DNA of 33,176 nt from a virus (lineage: Duplodnaviria > Caudoviricetes), in the IMG/VR virus record IMGVR_UViG_3300010011_000078, positions 1 to 33,176 of that record. One strand, given 5' to 3'. A program made the translations under genes and the position numbers. Shown piece by piece: positions 32,517 to 33,176 of this stretch. The number at the start of each line of letters is the position of its first letter. The stretch's first letter is position 1. The notes beneath the pieces are model-generated. The model did no database searches, was not told the origin of the DNA, and saw only the letters and a list, made by a program, of their open reading frames with translations.

Positions 32517-32761
32517 TGAAAGACATGGGTATTATTCAAGGTTCTGCTGCCCAAGCAGTTCCTTTAATCATTGGAAAAGATACAGTTTATGTCCATACTG
32601 ACATAACCCCTGTTGAGGGTGAAGAAGGTCTATTCCAATATCATGAAGTTCAGTATGAAAAAGATGAATATATCAAAATGTTGGCTGAACAAAATGAAAC
32701 ACTTATGGAAACTTTGGACATCCTCATGTCAGAAGTGCTTCCATCTTTAATGATGTTTTAA
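32516..32761 (+). CDS. Small tail-fibre-associated hypothetical protein
   Basis: AAGGAAGG RBS; DTVYVHTDI...YHEVQYEKDEYI + coiled coil. Confidence 0.75.
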   Translation: MKDMGIIQGSAAQAVPLIIGKDTVYVHTDITPVEGEEGLFQYHEVQYEKDEYIKMLAEQNETLMETLDILMSEVLPSLMMF

Positions 32762-32785
32762 TAATAGAGAAAGGGGGATATTCCA

Positions 32786-32959
32786 ATGAGTAGATTTATT
32801 GCAACAATGATTGAAAGGGCAGCAGATGTTTCACTTGAAAAAGGTCAAGAAAAATATAGGGCTTACTTCATAAAAACACCATTATACACACCATATAAAG
32901 CGGATGCAGATGCCCTGCTGTCAGCAGAAGGCTATGCAGATGTGATTGTTTCTGAATAA
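32786..32959 (+). CDS. Small hypothetical protein (57 aa); absent from ORF track
   Basis: AAGGGGG RBS; MSRFIATMIERAADVSLEKGQEKYRAYFIKTPLYTPYKADADALLSAEGYADVIVSE. Confidence 0.7.
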   Translation: MSRFIATMIERAADVSLEKGQEKYRAYFIKTPLYTPYKADADALLSAEGYADVIVSE

Positions 32960-32985
32960 CTAATACATTTATATAAATAAAAACA

Positions 32986-33034
32986 AAACCCCTTTAGAAG
33001 TTAAAATTATAGCTTCTGAAGGGGTTTATTATTT
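32986..33034. terminator. Probable bidirectional intrinsic terminator
   Basis: AAACCCCTTTAGAAG / CTTCTGAAGGGGTTT stem, A-rich before and T-rich after. Confidence 0.75.
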
Positions 33035-33053
33035 ACGGAAAGAAGTGGCGTAT

Positions 33054-33176
33054 ATGACAATTGAAGTAGCTTTATTAATTTCAGGTGTGTCAGTAGCTTT
33101 TGGTATCTTTGCTGGTATTTCTAATTTAAGAAGAAATCAAAAACTTGATGATAAACGGGATGCAACGGAAATGACC
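33054..33176 (+). CDS. Holin-like / lysis-module membrane protein (5' partial)
   Basis: MTIEVALLISGVSVAFGIFAGISNLRRNQK...: N-terminal TM helix plus basic stretch, after the tail genes; runs off the window. Confidence 0.6.
   Translation, partial: MTIEVALLISGVSVAFGIFAGISNLRRNQKLDDKRDATEMT

Larger units (their letters stand above)
1..33176. mobile_element. Temperate siphovirus-like prophage (partial; integrase/att and lysin outside window)
   Basis: Canonical module order: repressor, switch, recombination/replication, late regulator, terminase, portal, capsid, neck, tail tube, tape measure, tail fibre, holin. No sheath gene seen. Firmicutes-type GGAGG RBSs and sigma-A promoters. Confidence 0.97.

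Noticed and set aside
1-33176. GATC avoidance as evidence of restriction specificity
   Set aside because: GATC occurs many times by eye (e.g. near 273, 716, 861); no depletion can be claimed without counting.
32413-33176. Intact DGR (avd/TR/RT) or invertase-shufflon downstream of the fibre
   Set aside because: No RT motifs, no A-rich VR copy, no recombinase and no inverted cassettes in this stretch.

Overview
This window holds most of a temperate siphovirus-type prophage from a Firmicutes host, most likely Clostridia. The integrase and lysin lie outside the window. Left to right it contains: a cI-like repressor (minus strand) and a genetic switch with face-to-face sigma-A promoters; an early operon (Xis/Cro-like HTH, DUF6011-DUF6166 protein, YqaJ exonuclease + RecT, replication initiator with an internal repeat origin, DnaC-like loader, VRR-NUC nuclease, SSB, DUF2292-like protein, RinA/ArpU-like late activator); an AT-rich accessory block (Dam/DpnM-family methylase + PD-(D/E)xK nuclease, Ltp-repeat superinfection-exclusion protein); packaging and head genes (TerS, PBSX TerL, SPP1-type portal, minor capsid with a C-terminal JAB/MPN-like extension, GP20 scaffold, major capsid); neck and tail genes (tube, chaperones with a -1 frameshift site, lipoprotein moron, tape measure, distal tail, baseplate, tail fibre); and the start of a holin-like gene. 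The most unusual signals are: (1) a ~160-nt tRNA-mimic ncRNA after recT, with a perfect acceptor stem, D arm and T arm but a ~109-nt structured insert instead of an anticodon arm, followed by two more GC-rich structures; (2) mutually exclusive antiterminator/terminator hairpins between a DUF2292-like gene and the late activator; (3) an adenine-depleted, DGR-type variable region at the tail-fibre 3' end with no template repeat or reverse transcriptase in the window, only a possible RT remnant; (4) repeated antisense promoter + hairpin units in the early operon; (5) a JAB-domain extension on a virion protein with a small cognate ORF. All family assignments come from motif recognition by eye; no searches were run.
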